The notes under the pieces: generated by a model
Told to the model about the DNA's origin: nothing
What the model saw: only the letters and a program-made list of their open reading frames with translations
The model's database searches: none
Shown: positions 29,992 through 39,226 of the stretch, one piece after another
Numbering within the stretch: the first letter of the stretch is position 1
Layout: every line of letters starts with the position of its first letter
Made by a program: the position numbers and the translations under genes
Origin: a virus
DNA: 64,000 nt
Reading direction: 5' to 3' (one strand)
Virus record (IMG/VR): IMGVR_UViG_3300043427_001127
Coordinates: 32,001-96,000 of that record

Positions 29992-31385
29992 TGGCACAGT
30001 ATAGTAAGCATTACGAAGATTTTCTACCACAGGAAAAAACAAATTTTGAAGTAGTTATGCTTGCCGATAACTTCGGCAATCTTACTGCTGGTACTGGTTC
30101 TACAGCTTCCGATGCTTTCGGTAGATCGAGGACTTCTAGTTTATTTACTCTCGGTGATTACAAGCACATCTATGCTGTTGATCCAAACTTCTTAGATAAG
30201 TTGGAGAATGGTGGCACTATTACGTTCCCAACAAATCAAGCAATGGGAACATTGGCAACATCTTCAAACCCTGCTTCTCGTGCTGTTCATCAATCAAAAT
30301 TTTACCACCATTATCAGCCAGGTAAATCTCAACTGATTTTTAGTTCCATTACTTTCGGTTACGCTCAGCAGAATGTAACTAAAAGAACTGGATACTTTGA
30401 TGACAGAGATGGTATCTACTTTGAGCAAGTTGGTGGTCCTACTTCTAACGGCACAGATAATGGCACACTAAACTTCGTGATTCGTTCTTATGTTAGTGGT
30501 AGTGTTAGTGAAGCGAATGTAGGGGATTACAAGAGAAGAGTTCCACAATCAGAATGGAACATTGATCCTTGTGATGGAACTGGTCCTTCCAAGTTTAATA
30601 TCAATACTTCAAAAACTCAACTCATTTATATTGACTTTCAGTGGCTTGGAGTTGGTAGGGTTCGTTGTGGATTTGTTCATAATGGACAAATTGTTTTGGC
30701 ACACGAATATTACCACTCAAACGTACTTGACGAAGTTTATATTTCAAGTCCCAATCTACCTGTAAGATGTGAGATTAAAAATACTGGATCTACATCAGGT
30801 GGTTCAATGAAGCAAGTTTGTGCCACTGTAATGTCTGAAGGTGGATATATTGAAAGTGGTATTGACTGGTCAACAAACTCTGGTTCTGCTAGAACTACAT
30901 CTACTACTGCTGGAACAAGATTACCTCTTTTGGCAATCCGTTTAAAAAATACTTTCCAAGGTTATCCAAATAGAATCACAGTAAGACCAAACAATATTAG
31001 CATGTATGTGTCTACTAGTGATGTTTATTATGAGTTAATTAAAGTACCTAATGTTTCTGCGTTGGCAACAACAGATGTTGGTGGTCTTGTATGGACTCCT
31101 GTTGATGATAGTAGCGGTGTTGAGTATTGTAGAAATGCCACGTCATTTGCTGTTGGAGCTAACTTAGATGTCTTTGCTTCTGGTATTGTTGTAGCAGGAA
31201 ACTCACAAAACTCATTATCCCCAGTTAATTCTGGTGAACTTACATCAGCAAAGAAAAATACTATTGTTCAAAATTTTGATTCAACTGATTCAGAGATATT
31301 CATTGTATCTATACGAACAATTGTTTCTACTGGCAATAACACTGCTAGTGCTGCTGCTACTCTACAATGGAGGGAGATTTACTAA
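29991..31385 (+). CDS. Putative virion structural protein, paralogue of the 2194-aa protein core
   Basis: 464 aa; DAFGRSR...YQPGKSQ...[16 protein letters not shown]...IDFQWLGVGRVRCGF. Confidence 0.8.
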   Translation: MAQYSKHYEDFLPQEKTNFEVVMLADNFGNLTAGTGSTASDAFGRSRTSSLFTLGDYKHIYAVDPNFLDKLENGGTITFPTNQAMGTLATSSNPASRAVHQSKFYHHYQPGKSQLIFSSITFGYAQQNVTKRTGYFDDRDGIYFEQVGGPTSNGTDNGTLNFVIRSYVSGSVSEANVGDYKRRVPQSEWNIDPCDGTGPSKFNINTSKTQLIYIDFQWLGVGRVRCGFVHNGQIVLAHEYYHSNVLDEVYISSPNLPVRCEIKNTGSTSGGSMKQVCATVMSEGGYIESGIDWSTNSGSARTTSTTAGTRLPLLAIRLKNTFQGYPNRITVRPNNISMYVSTSDVYYELIKVPNVSALATTDVGGLVWTPVDDSSGVEYCRNATSFAVGANLDVFASGIVVAGNSQNSLSPVNSGELTSAKKNTIVQNFDSTDSEIFIVSIRTIVSTGNNTASAAATLQWREIY

Positions 31386-32116
31386 TGAAAAAGAAAGTTC
31401 CTACAGAAAAAAAAATCGCTAAGAAGCATGGCGTGTCTGTTGAAACTATTATCAAACAGGCAGAAGTTGGTTCAACTGTAGAACGCGAGCATGTGACTAC
31501 CCACGAGGAAGCATATGGTATTGCACTTCAGCATTTAGATGAGTTCCCAGATTACTATACTCACTTACTTAAGATGGAAAAAGAACTAAAGGCACAACAC
31601 AAAAAGAAAAGAACCGTTAAGGAGATGCGAGAGATTTGCGAAAATCATATCGCTATCGCTATGGGTAAAGAGATGGATGATGAAGGTAACATGATTCTAT
31701 CTCAACTAGATCAACTTGAGATGCATTGCAAGAGACTTAGAGAAGTTATCAAGTCTCCAACCATGCAAGTCCCAGCATGGGTTCAATCTAAGGTGACTCT
31801 TGCTACAGACTACATGGATGCAGCTGCAAACTATATGTCCAGCAAGAATGAGGAAACTGAAAAAAAGTCTCTAGGCGAGTCGGCATGGACTCGCAAGGAA
31901 GGTCAAAATAAAAACGGTGGACTCAACGAGAAAGGACGTAAATCCTATGAACGTGAGAATCCTGGAAGCGACCTTAAAGCACCTTCAAAGAAGGTTGGAA
32001 ATCCCCGCAGGGCGTCATTCTGTGCAAGAATGAAAGGAATGCGTAAGAGACAGAAAGATAAAAATAACACTGGAGAAGATCGTCTATCTAAATCATTAAG
32101 AGCTTGGAACTGCTGA
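31385..32116 (+). CDS. Multi-module basic protein (DUF5661-like N-terminus, DUF6321-like C-terminus), possible internal head protein
   Basis: Start chosen at the TAATG overlap; VEREH...IALQHLDEFPDYY; PAWVQSKVTLA.DY; AWTRKEGQN..GGLN.KGR...RRASFCARM...AWNC. Confidence 0.75.
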   Translation: MKKKVPTEKKIAKKHGVSVETIIKQAEVGSTVEREHVTTHEEAYGIALQHLDEFPDYYTHLLKMEKELKAQHKKKRTVKEMREICENHIAIAMGKEMDDEGNMILSQLDQLEMHCKRLREVIKSPTMQVPAWVQSKVTLATDYMDAAANYMSSKNEETEKKSLGESAWTRKEGQNKNGGLNEKGRKSYERENPGSDLKAPSKKVGNPRRASFCARMKGMRKRQKDKNNTGEDRLSKSLRAWNC

Positions 32117-32137
32117 CAAAAGTATATCATTTGTTAC

Positions 32138-32165
32138 TTGACAAACACTTCGTATCCTATATAAT
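32138..32165 (+). promoter_or_regulatory. Sigma70-type (early) promoter
   Basis: TTGACA-16 nt-TATAAT. Confidence 0.75.
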
Positions 32166-32191
32166 AACATTACCGTCTCAAGGTAAGACAC

Positions 32192-32425
32192 ATGGATACC
32201 AAAACCTGCCCTAAATGTGGGGCTTGCTGGATTGGAGGGCAACACTTCTGGGCTGGCACAAATAAGAGGGGAAATGAAACTGAACTCGCTTCTTTAGTTT
32301 GTGATAAGTTTGGAGATGATACTTGTATCAATCCAGCACAAGGAACCACCAAAGGCGATGGGTGGGAAAAGAGATTAAATAGTATGCAAGAAATCGAAAA
32401 GGATATTAGTAGAGCAAATGAGTGA
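32192..32425 (+). CDS. Small Cys-rich hypothetical protein
   Basis: 77 aa; CPKCGACW..GQHFW...LVC...CINP; AAGG RBS. Confidence 0.75.
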   Translation: MDTKTCPKCGACWIGGQHFWAGTNKRGNETELASLVCDKFGDDTCINPAQGTTKGDGWEKRLNSMQEIEKDISRANE

Positions 32426-34082
32426 TGCAGTATATCTTGGTAATCCTAATCTAAAGAAAGCTAATACCGCTATTAGTTTTACAAAGGATCAAGTCGAAGA
32501 GTTTATTAAATGCAAAGATGATCCTGTTTACTTTGCAAAGAACTATGTAAAGATCATCTCACTTGATGAAGGTCTTGTTCCTTTTGAGATGTATGATTTC
32601 CAAGAGAAACTGATTGAAAACTTTCATAATAACAGATTTAATATTGCCAAACTTCCAAGACAGACAGGAAAATCGACAACGGTTATTTCCTACCTGTTGC
32701 ACTACGCAGTATTCAACGACAACATCAAGATTGCTATTCTAGCAAACAAAGCAGAAACGTCAAGAGAACTTCTGTCTCGTTTGCAGTTAGCATATGAGAA
32801 TCTACCGAAGTGGATGCAGCAAGGTATTGTAGCATGGAACAAAGGATCTATGGAACTGGATAATGGTTCCAAGATTATAGCAGCATCCACCTCATCATCT
32901 GCTGTGCGAGGAAACTCTTTCAACATCATCTTCCTTGACGAGTTTGCGTTCGTTCCTAACCACATGGCGGAACAGTTCTTCTCGTCCGTATATCCTACCA
33001 TCTCGTCTGGTAAGACCACAAAGGTTATTATCATTTCCACCCCACAGGGTATGAACATGTTCTATAAGCTGTGGCATGACGCAGAGCGCGGCAGGAACGG
33101 CTACGTGCCCCTTGAAGTTCATTGGAGTGCAGTTCCTGGCAGAGATGAGAAGTGGAAGGAAGAGACGATCAGGAACACCTCCGAGAGGCAGTTCACGCAG
33201 GAGTTTGAGTGTGAGTTCCTAGGATCAGTTGATACGCTTATCTCGGCTGCTAAGTTGCGTTCAATGGTCTTTGAAGACCCTATACAAGATAATAGCAAAG
33301 GATTAAAGGTATACGAGGAAGCAAAGAAAGATCACGACTACATCATGACAGTCGATGTATCCCGTGGAACCAACAATGATTACTCCGCTTTTGTCGTATT
33401 CGATATTACCACACTACCCTGGAAGATAGTTGCTAAGTATCGAAACAACGAAATCAAACCAATCCTATTCCCCAACATTATTGAACAGGTTGGCAAAAAC
33501 TATAACAAAGCATATATTCTAGCAGAAGTCAATGACATCGGTGAGCAGGTAACTAATATTCTTCATTACGATTTAGAGTATCCAAACATTCTAATGTGTG
33601 CCATGCGTGGTAGAGCTGGTCAGATTGTTGGTCAAGGATTCTCTGGCACCAAATCTCAACTTGGTCTGAAGATGTCGAAGGTGACTAAGAAAGTTGGGTG
33701 CTCAAACTTAAAGACATTGATTGAAGACGATAAACTATTAATCTCAGACTATGAGATTATCAGTGAACTCACTACATTTATTCAAAAGAATCAATCGTTT
33801 GAAGCTGACGATGGATATAACGATGACCTTGTGATGTGTCTAGTTCTATTCTCGTGGTTGGCGGTTCAACCTTACTTCAGGGAGATGACTGATAACGATG
33901 TTCGCAAGCGTATCTACGAAGAACAGAAGAATCAGATTGAACAAGATATGGCACCTTTCGGATTTATATCAGATGGAATCATTGACGAAGAAGAAAAATT
34001 TGTTGATGAAGACGGAAACGTTTGGTATACAGATGGATACGGCAATCCGTTTGCAGATGTAGAATATATGTTGGGTTACTGA
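32418..34082 (+). CDS. gp17: Terminase large subunit gp17
   Basis: YLGNPNLK, Walker A PRQTGKST, Walker B IIFLDEFAF, nuclease DDLVM. Confidence 0.98.
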   Translation: MSDAVYLGNPNLKKANTAISFTKDQVEEFIKCKDDPVYFAKNYVKIISLDEGLVPFEMYDFQEKLIENFHNNRFNIAKLPRQTGKSTTVISYLLHYAVFNDNIKIAILANKAETSRELLSRLQLAYENLPKWMQQGIVAWNKGSMELDNGSKIIAASTSSSAVRGNSFNIIFLDEFAFVPNHMAEQFFSSVYPTISSGKTTKVIIISTPQGMNMFYKLWHDAERGRNGYVPLEVHWSAVPGRDEKWKEETIRNTSERQFTQEFECEFLGSVDTLISAAKLRSMVFEDPIQDNSKGLKVYEEAKKDHDYIMTVDVSRGTNNDYSAFVVFDITTLPWKIVAKYRNNEIKPILFPNIIEQVGKNYNKAYILAEVNDIGEQVTNILHYDLEYPNILMCAMRGRAGQIVGQGFSGTKSQLGLKMSKVTKKVGCSNLKTLIEDDKLLISDYEIISELTTFIQKNQSFEADDGYNDDLVMCLVLFSWLAVQPYFREMTDNDVRKRIYEEQKNQIEQDMAPFGFISDGIIDEEEKFVDEDGNVWYTDGYGNPFADVEYMLGY

Positions 34083-34303
34083 TGGACATCGAAGATCAGT
34101 TTTCACTGGAACATTTATTGTTTAAAGAAAGAACATGTAGATGTTGTGGAGAGATCAAAGATCTTTTAGATGACTATTATATTATAAGAAAATCAAAGAG
34201 ACATTTACCTTCGTCATACTCTTATGAGTGTAAAGATTGCACTATCAAGAGATTGATGGCAAATAAAAAATCCCCAAATACATGGGAATATCCTGACTGG
34301 TAA
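34082..34303 (+). CDS. Small Zn-finger-like hypothetical protein
   Basis: Start at the TGATG overlap; CRCC...SYSYECKDC...WEYPDW. Confidence 0.7.
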   Translation: MDIEDQFSLEHLLFKERTCRCCGEIKDLLDDYYIIRKSKRHLPSSYSYECKDCTIKRLMANKKSPNTWEYPDW

Positions 34304-34403
34304 CTAGTTCATGCACTGTTCATGCATATTTTTTGGATTTGAAATAACCATTTTCATAAATACTTTTAGATTAAAATGAACTACTTTTCACGAGGAGAAA
34401 AAC

Positions 34404-36035
34404 ATGGCAGGTCAAGTATCACCTGGAATTGTTCTTAGAGAGCGTGATCTAACAGCACAAACTATTGTCAATACTCAAGCAAATACTGCAGCACTTGTAG
34501 GATTGTTTGAAAAAGGACCAGTTGGTGTTATTACTAATATTGCATCAGAGAGAGAACTTCTAGATACGTTTGGTGGTCCAAACAATAATAACTATCAAGA
34601 TTGGTTCACTGCCGCTACATTTTTAGCTTACGGCGGTCAACTACTAATCGTTCGTATTGCAGCAACAGATTCAATCAATGCTACCGATGATGGCACTGGA
34701 GTATTGATTAAATCCAGAGAACAATACGATTCACAATACACGACATATAACTGGTTGTTTGCAGCAAAAACTGCTGGTGCCTGGGCAAATGGATTAAAGA
34801 TTGCTATCATCGGAAAATCTGTTGCAAACTACGAAACAGCAGTTATCTACGAAGATGCTCAAGGCAATGATGTTTTATGGTCAGCATTTGCTTCAGATTT
34901 TGAGTATGCCGATAACGGTGCTTGTCACATCGCTGTTCTAGATTCAGATAATAACTTACTAGAACTATTTAAATATGTGTCTACAAATACAAGTGCTACT
35001 GACACAGAAGGAGCATCGATTTATTACGTTAATGTTTTAGCAAATAAATCAAGATATGTATATGCTGGAGACACATTTACACTAACTGCAGGAGTTGCCA
35101 CAGAAACATTAAGTGGTGGAGAAGATGATTACGGTGCTGCTGTATCAGATTACACTGATGGTTATGATGTTTTTGCAGACACAGAATCAATCGATATCAA
35201 TTTTATTATATCTGGCGGCAGTTTAGGAAATCAAAACGATACTGTAACTAAGGCTCAGGCAGCTATCTCAATCGCAACTTCAAGAAAAGATTGCGTTGCT
35301 TTTGTTTCTCCATACAATAACTTTGTTGGATTAACCTCTTCTCAAGATCAAAGAGATGCAATCATTTCTTTCTTCGATCAACTAGGAACTAGCAACTCTT
35401 ACACCATTTTTGATAGTGGTTATAAGTATATTTACGACAGATATAATGATGTGTATCGCTATGTTCCTTGCTGTGGAGATGTAGCAGGTTTATGTGTACA
35501 AACTTCAGAGATTCTAGAAGATTGGTACTCACCCGCTGGAACCCAAAGAGGTAACTTAAGAAACGTTGTTAAACTAGCATATACACCTGGAAAGACAGAT
35601 AGAGACAAACTCTATCAAAAGAGAATCAATCCTATCACATCGTTCCCAGGTCAAGGTGTAGTTCTCTTCGGAGATAAGACTGCTCTAGCAACCCCAAGTG
35701 CTTTTGATCGCATCAATGTTCGTCGTTTATTCTTGGCTATTGAAAGAAGAGTTGGCAATCTTGCAAAGAATGTTCTATTTGAACTTAACGACGAAGCAAC
35801 TAGAGCAACATTTGCAAATGCAGTTAGCTCTTATCTAACTGAAGTTAAATCTAAGAGAGGAGTTATTGACTTCTTAGTAGTTTGCGATGAAAGCAATAAT
35901 ACCCCTGATGTTATTGATAGAAATGAGTTTGTTGCTGATATTTACATCAAACCAACAAGGTCGATTAACTTCATCACACTAACTTTTGTTGCTACCAGAA
36001 CTGGCGTTTCATTTGCTGAAGTTGTCGGTAGATAA
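34404..36035 (+). CDS. gp18: Tail sheath protein gp18
   Basis: SPGI..RERDLT...WYSPAG..RG...FGDKT...AFDRINVRRLF...FE.ND; late promoter CATAAATA 34355-34362. Confidence 0.97.
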   Translation: MAGQVSPGIVLRERDLTAQTIVNTQANTAALVGLFEKGPVGVITNIASERELLDTFGGPNNNNYQDWFTAATFLAYGGQLLIVRIAATDSINATDDGTGVLIKSREQYDSQYTTYNWLFAAKTAGAWANGLKIAIIGKSVANYETAVIYEDAQGNDVLWSAFASDFEYADNGACHIAVLDSDNNLLELFKYVSTNTSATDTEGASIYYVNVLANKSRYVYAGDTFTLTAGVATETLSGGEDDYGAAVSDYTDGYDVFADTESIDINFIISGGSLGNQNDTVTKAQAAISIATSRKDCVAFVSPYNNFVGLTSSQDQRDAIISFFDQLGTSNSYTIFDSGYKYIYDRYNDVYRYVPCCGDVAGLCVQTSEILEDWYSPAGTQRGNLRNVVKLAYTPGKTDRDKLYQKRINPITSFPGQGVVLFGDKTALATPSAFDRINVRRLFLAIERRVGNLAKNVLFELNDEATRATFANAVSSYLTEVKSKRGVIDFLVVCDESNNTPDVIDRNEFVADIYIKPTRSINFITLTFVATRTGVSFAEVVGR

Positions 36036-36070
36036 TAAACAATAACAACTTTTAAAAGAGGTAACTAAAA

Positions 36071-36661
36071 ATGGCAGTAACAAGTAGCATTAACACTTTT
36101 CTATCAAACGTACAGAATGGTGTAAGACCCAATCTATATGAAGTTGATTTCAACTTCCCAAATGATACAAATATTGCATCAGACGCAACTAACGAACTAA
36201 GTGGATTGATGTGTAAAGCAGCTGCTCTACCAGCATCAAACTTAGGCGTTATTGAAGTTCCTTTCAGAGGAAGAACAGTAAAGATTGCAGGTGATAGAAC
36301 TTTCGATACATGGACAGCAACTTTCATCAACGACAGAAACTTCGCTATTCGCGGAGCTATGGAGAAGTGGATGGAAGCAATCAACGCACACGAGAAGAAC
36401 AGCGCAAGCCTCGTTCTTCCATCTACTTCTGGTGGTTATCTAGCAGATCTGCTAGTCAAGCAACTAGAAAGAGATAACAGTGCAGGTGGTGAAGTTAAAA
36501 CTGTATACAAACTATGGGGTTGTTTCCCAACCAATATTTCTCAGATTGACCTCGCATATGATAGTAATGATCAGATTGAAGATTTCACAGTTGAGTTCCA
36601 ACTTCAGTACTGGACTCGCGGAGATTCTGATCCTTACACAAATGTCATTGCTGGTGCTTGA
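36071..36661 (+). CDS. gp19: Tail tube protein gp19
   Basis: RPNLYEV...CKAA.LPAS..G.IEVPFRGR.VKIAGDRTFD.W. Confidence 0.97.
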   Translation: MAVTSSINTFLSNVQNGVRPNLYEVDFNFPNDTNIASDATNELSGLMCKAAALPASNLGVIEVPFRGRTVKIAGDRTFDTWTATFINDRNFAIRGAMEKWMEAINAHEKNSASLVLPSTSGGYLADLLVKQLERDNSAGGEVKTVYKLWGCFPTNISQIDLAYDSNDQIEDFTVEFQLQYWTRGDSDPYTNVIAGA

Positions 36662-36691
36662 TAAATAGTTGTATCATGAAACCATTTAACA

Positions 36692-38308
36692 ATGAGTCAA
36701 CTATTTGGATTTTCTATTAAGCAGGAGGGGGGATTAAAAGGTCAATCCCCTATCCCACCAAATGCAGACGATGGAGTAACCGCTGTAGCAGGCGGTTACT
36801 TTGGTTCGTATGTAGACATTGAAGGTGTCGCTCGCAATGAGTTTGAACTCATTCGCAGATACAGAGACATGGCACTACATCCAGAAGTCGATTCTGCTAT
36901 TGATGAAATCGTTAATGAAACTATCGCATCCGATTTGGATGACAGCCCAGTTCAAATAGAACTATCTAACTTACAAGTTAGTGAAAGTATTAAAAATAAA
37001 ATCAGAGAAGAGTTTAACTACATCAAACGTTTATTGAGTTTTGATTCTCGCTCACACGAGATTTTCAGAAACTGGTATATTGACGGTAGACTATATTACC
37101 ACAAAGTAATCGATTTAAACAATCCTAAAGCTGGTATTCTTGAACTGAGATATATTGACCCGATGAAAATTAAGAAGGTCAAAGTTCAAAATAAAGACCA
37201 GAAAGAAGTAATGAGTCAGGAGACTCGCGGCACAGCACTTCAATATAACTTCGGTGAGTTTATTGAGTACTTCCTTTACAATCCAAAAGGATATATTACA
37301 AGCGCAAACTTCGATGGTAATGCCATGGCAAATGGCATGAAGATTGCTGCTGATGCTATTACATATGTTCCTTCTGGCATTCAAGATCTCAACAAAAAAA
37401 TGACGTTGAGTTTCTTACACAAAGCAATCAAGGCACTCAACCAGCTTCGCATGATTGAAGATGCGCTGGTTATCTACAGACTTTCACGCGCACCAGAACG
37501 TCGTATTTTCTACATCGACGTAGGCAATCTCCCAAAGGTAAAAGCAGAGCAATACCTTAGAGAGGTAATGGCACGTTACCGCAACAAACTTGTATACGAT
37601 GCCGCCACTGGAGAAATCCGCGACGACAAAAAGCATATGAGTATGCTTGAGGACTTTTGGCTCCCTCGTCGTGAAGGTGGCAGAGGAACTGAAATCACAA
37701 CTCTGCCTGGTGGTCAAAATCTGGGAGAACTTAAGGATGTTGAATATTTCAAAAAGAAACTGTACAACTCACTTAACCTTCCACCATCACGTCTAGATGA
37801 TGCTAACCAAGGATTCTCACTTGGTCGTTCATCTGAGATTCTAAGAGATGAACTTAAGTTTTCCAAGTGGATCGGAAGACTTCGCAAAAGATTTAGCACT
37901 ATATTCCACGACACTTTAAGAACACAACTTATTCTGAAAGGAATCATTGCCCCAGAAGATTGGGAGCAAATGCAAGAGCACATTCAGTATGACTATCAGT
38001 TTGATAATCATTTTGAAGAACTTAAGCAAGCAGAACTAATGGGCAATCGCTTACAAGTTGCAACTGCTTTGGATCCTTTCTTAGGAAAGTATTACTCCAT
38101 TGAACATGTTCGTCGTCAAGTATTAATGCAAACTGATGCTGAGTATGACGAGATTACTAAGCAAATGGAGAATGAGATTGCGGAAGGCAAGATTCCAGAT
38201 CCAATCCACACAAACCTAATGAATGCAGCAACTTTGGAAGTGGGGGCATTGCCTCCTCCACCTCCTGCTCCAGTAGCTGCACCCAAACCTAAAACATCAG
38301 AAAAATAA
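36692..38308 (+). CDS. gp20: Portal protein gp20
   Basis: YRLSRAPERRIFYIDVGNLPK.KAEQYL...EDFWLPRREGGRGTEITTLPGGQNLG; late promoter GATAAATA 36660-36667. Confidence 0.98.
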   Translation: MSQLFGFSIKQEGGLKGQSPIPPNADDGVTAVAGGYFGSYVDIEGVARNEFELIRRYRDMALHPEVDSAIDEIVNETIASDLDDSPVQIELSNLQVSESIKNKIREEFNYIKRLLSFDSRSHEIFRNWYIDGRLYYHKVIDLNNPKAGILELRYIDPMKIKKVKVQNKDQKEVMSQETRGTALQYNFGEFIEYFLYNPKGYITSANFDGNAMANGMKIAADAITYVPSGIQDLNKKMTLSFLHKAIKALNQLRMIEDALVIYRLSRAPERRIFYIDVGNLPKVKAEQYLREVMARYRNKLVYDAATGEIRDDKKHMSMLEDFWLPRREGGRGTEITTLPGGQNLGELKDVEYFKKKLYNSLNLPPSRLDDANQGFSLGRSSEILRDELKFSKWIGRLRKRFSTIFHDTLRTQLILKGIIAPEDWEQMQEHIQYDYQFDNHFEELKQAELMGNRLQVATALDPFLGKYYSIEHVRRQVLMQTDAEYDEITKQMENEIAEGKIPDPIHTNLMNAATLEVGALPPPPPAPVAAPKPKTSEK

Positions 38309-38331
38309 ATAATTTATTATAGGTAAATCAA

Positions 38332-38532
38332 ATGGATACTATTGAAGTCGTAAACGCCGTCCGTGACGGTAATAGAGTTCAAGCACTCGATAAAATTGCT
38401 GACATCCTCTATGGAAAAGCAGCAGAAGCAATGAAAGATTACAAACAAGTTGTTGCTCATTCTTTTTTCGATCAACCAGAATCTCCTGAAGAGGAGGTAG
38501 AAGAAACACCATCAGAGGAAACAGACCAATGA
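38332..38532 (+). CDS. Small acidic prohead core protein (gp67-like position)
   Basis: 66 aa with an acidic tail, between portal and protease. Confidence 0.65.
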   Translation: MDTIEVVNAVRDGNRVQALDKIADILYGKAAEAMKDYKQVVAHSFFDQPESPEEEVEETPSEETDQ

Positions 38533-39173
38533 AACTAATCACCGAAGCAATCGAAGATATTCAAATCCTCGAAGAAGAAGCAAACGGAAAAAAACTACTA
38601 TACATCGAAGGTGTATTCCTTCAGGCAGATTTGAAAAACCGAAATGGTCGTGTTTATCCATTCGGTGTTCTTGAGCGTGAAGTTGGTAGATATAATGAAC
38701 AGTATGTTTCTGCTGGTCGTGCTCTCGGTGAACTAGGTCATCCCGATGGTCCTACTGTAAATCTAGATCGCGTATCTCATAAGATTGTTTCTCTCAAAGC
38801 AGAGGGTTCAAACTTTATTGGAAAAGCACAAATCCTAGACACACCAATGGGAAACATTGCCAAATCTCTTCTAAGTTCGGGAGTTAAACTTGGCGTTTCT
38901 TCTAGAGGCATGGGTTCTATCGAAGAGAAGAACGGTGCCAACTATGTCCGTGATGATTTCATGCTCGCAACTGCTGCTGATATTGTAGCAGACCCTTCCG
39001 CGCCCGACGCATTTGTGAACGGAATCATGGAAGGTAAAGAGTGGGTTTGGGAAAATGGCATTATTAAGGAAGTTAATATTGCTAAATATCACAGATATAT
39101 TTCTGAATCTACCAGAAAAAATCTTGAGGAGAGATCGTTGAAAGCATTCAATCATTTCTTACAAAATTTATAA
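38529..39173 (+). CDS. gp21: Prohead protease gp21
   Basis: MKLITE...NRNGRVYP...ALGELGHP...GVSSRG.GS...DIVADPSAPDA. Confidence 0.97.
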   Translation: MKLITEAIEDIQILEEEANGKKLLYIEGVFLQADLKNRNGRVYPFGVLEREVGRYNEQYVSAGRALGELGHPDGPTVNLDRVSHKIVSLKAEGSNFIGKAQILDTPMGNIAKSLLSSGVKLGVSSRGMGSIEEKNGANYVRDDFMLATAADIVADPSAPDAFVNGIMEGKEWVWENGIIKEVNIAKYHRYISESTRKNLEERSLKAFNHFLQNL

Positions 39174-39226
39174 TATCATAAATAATCATAGAATAAACAT
39201 ATAGTAAGTATTACGAGGAATCTCAA

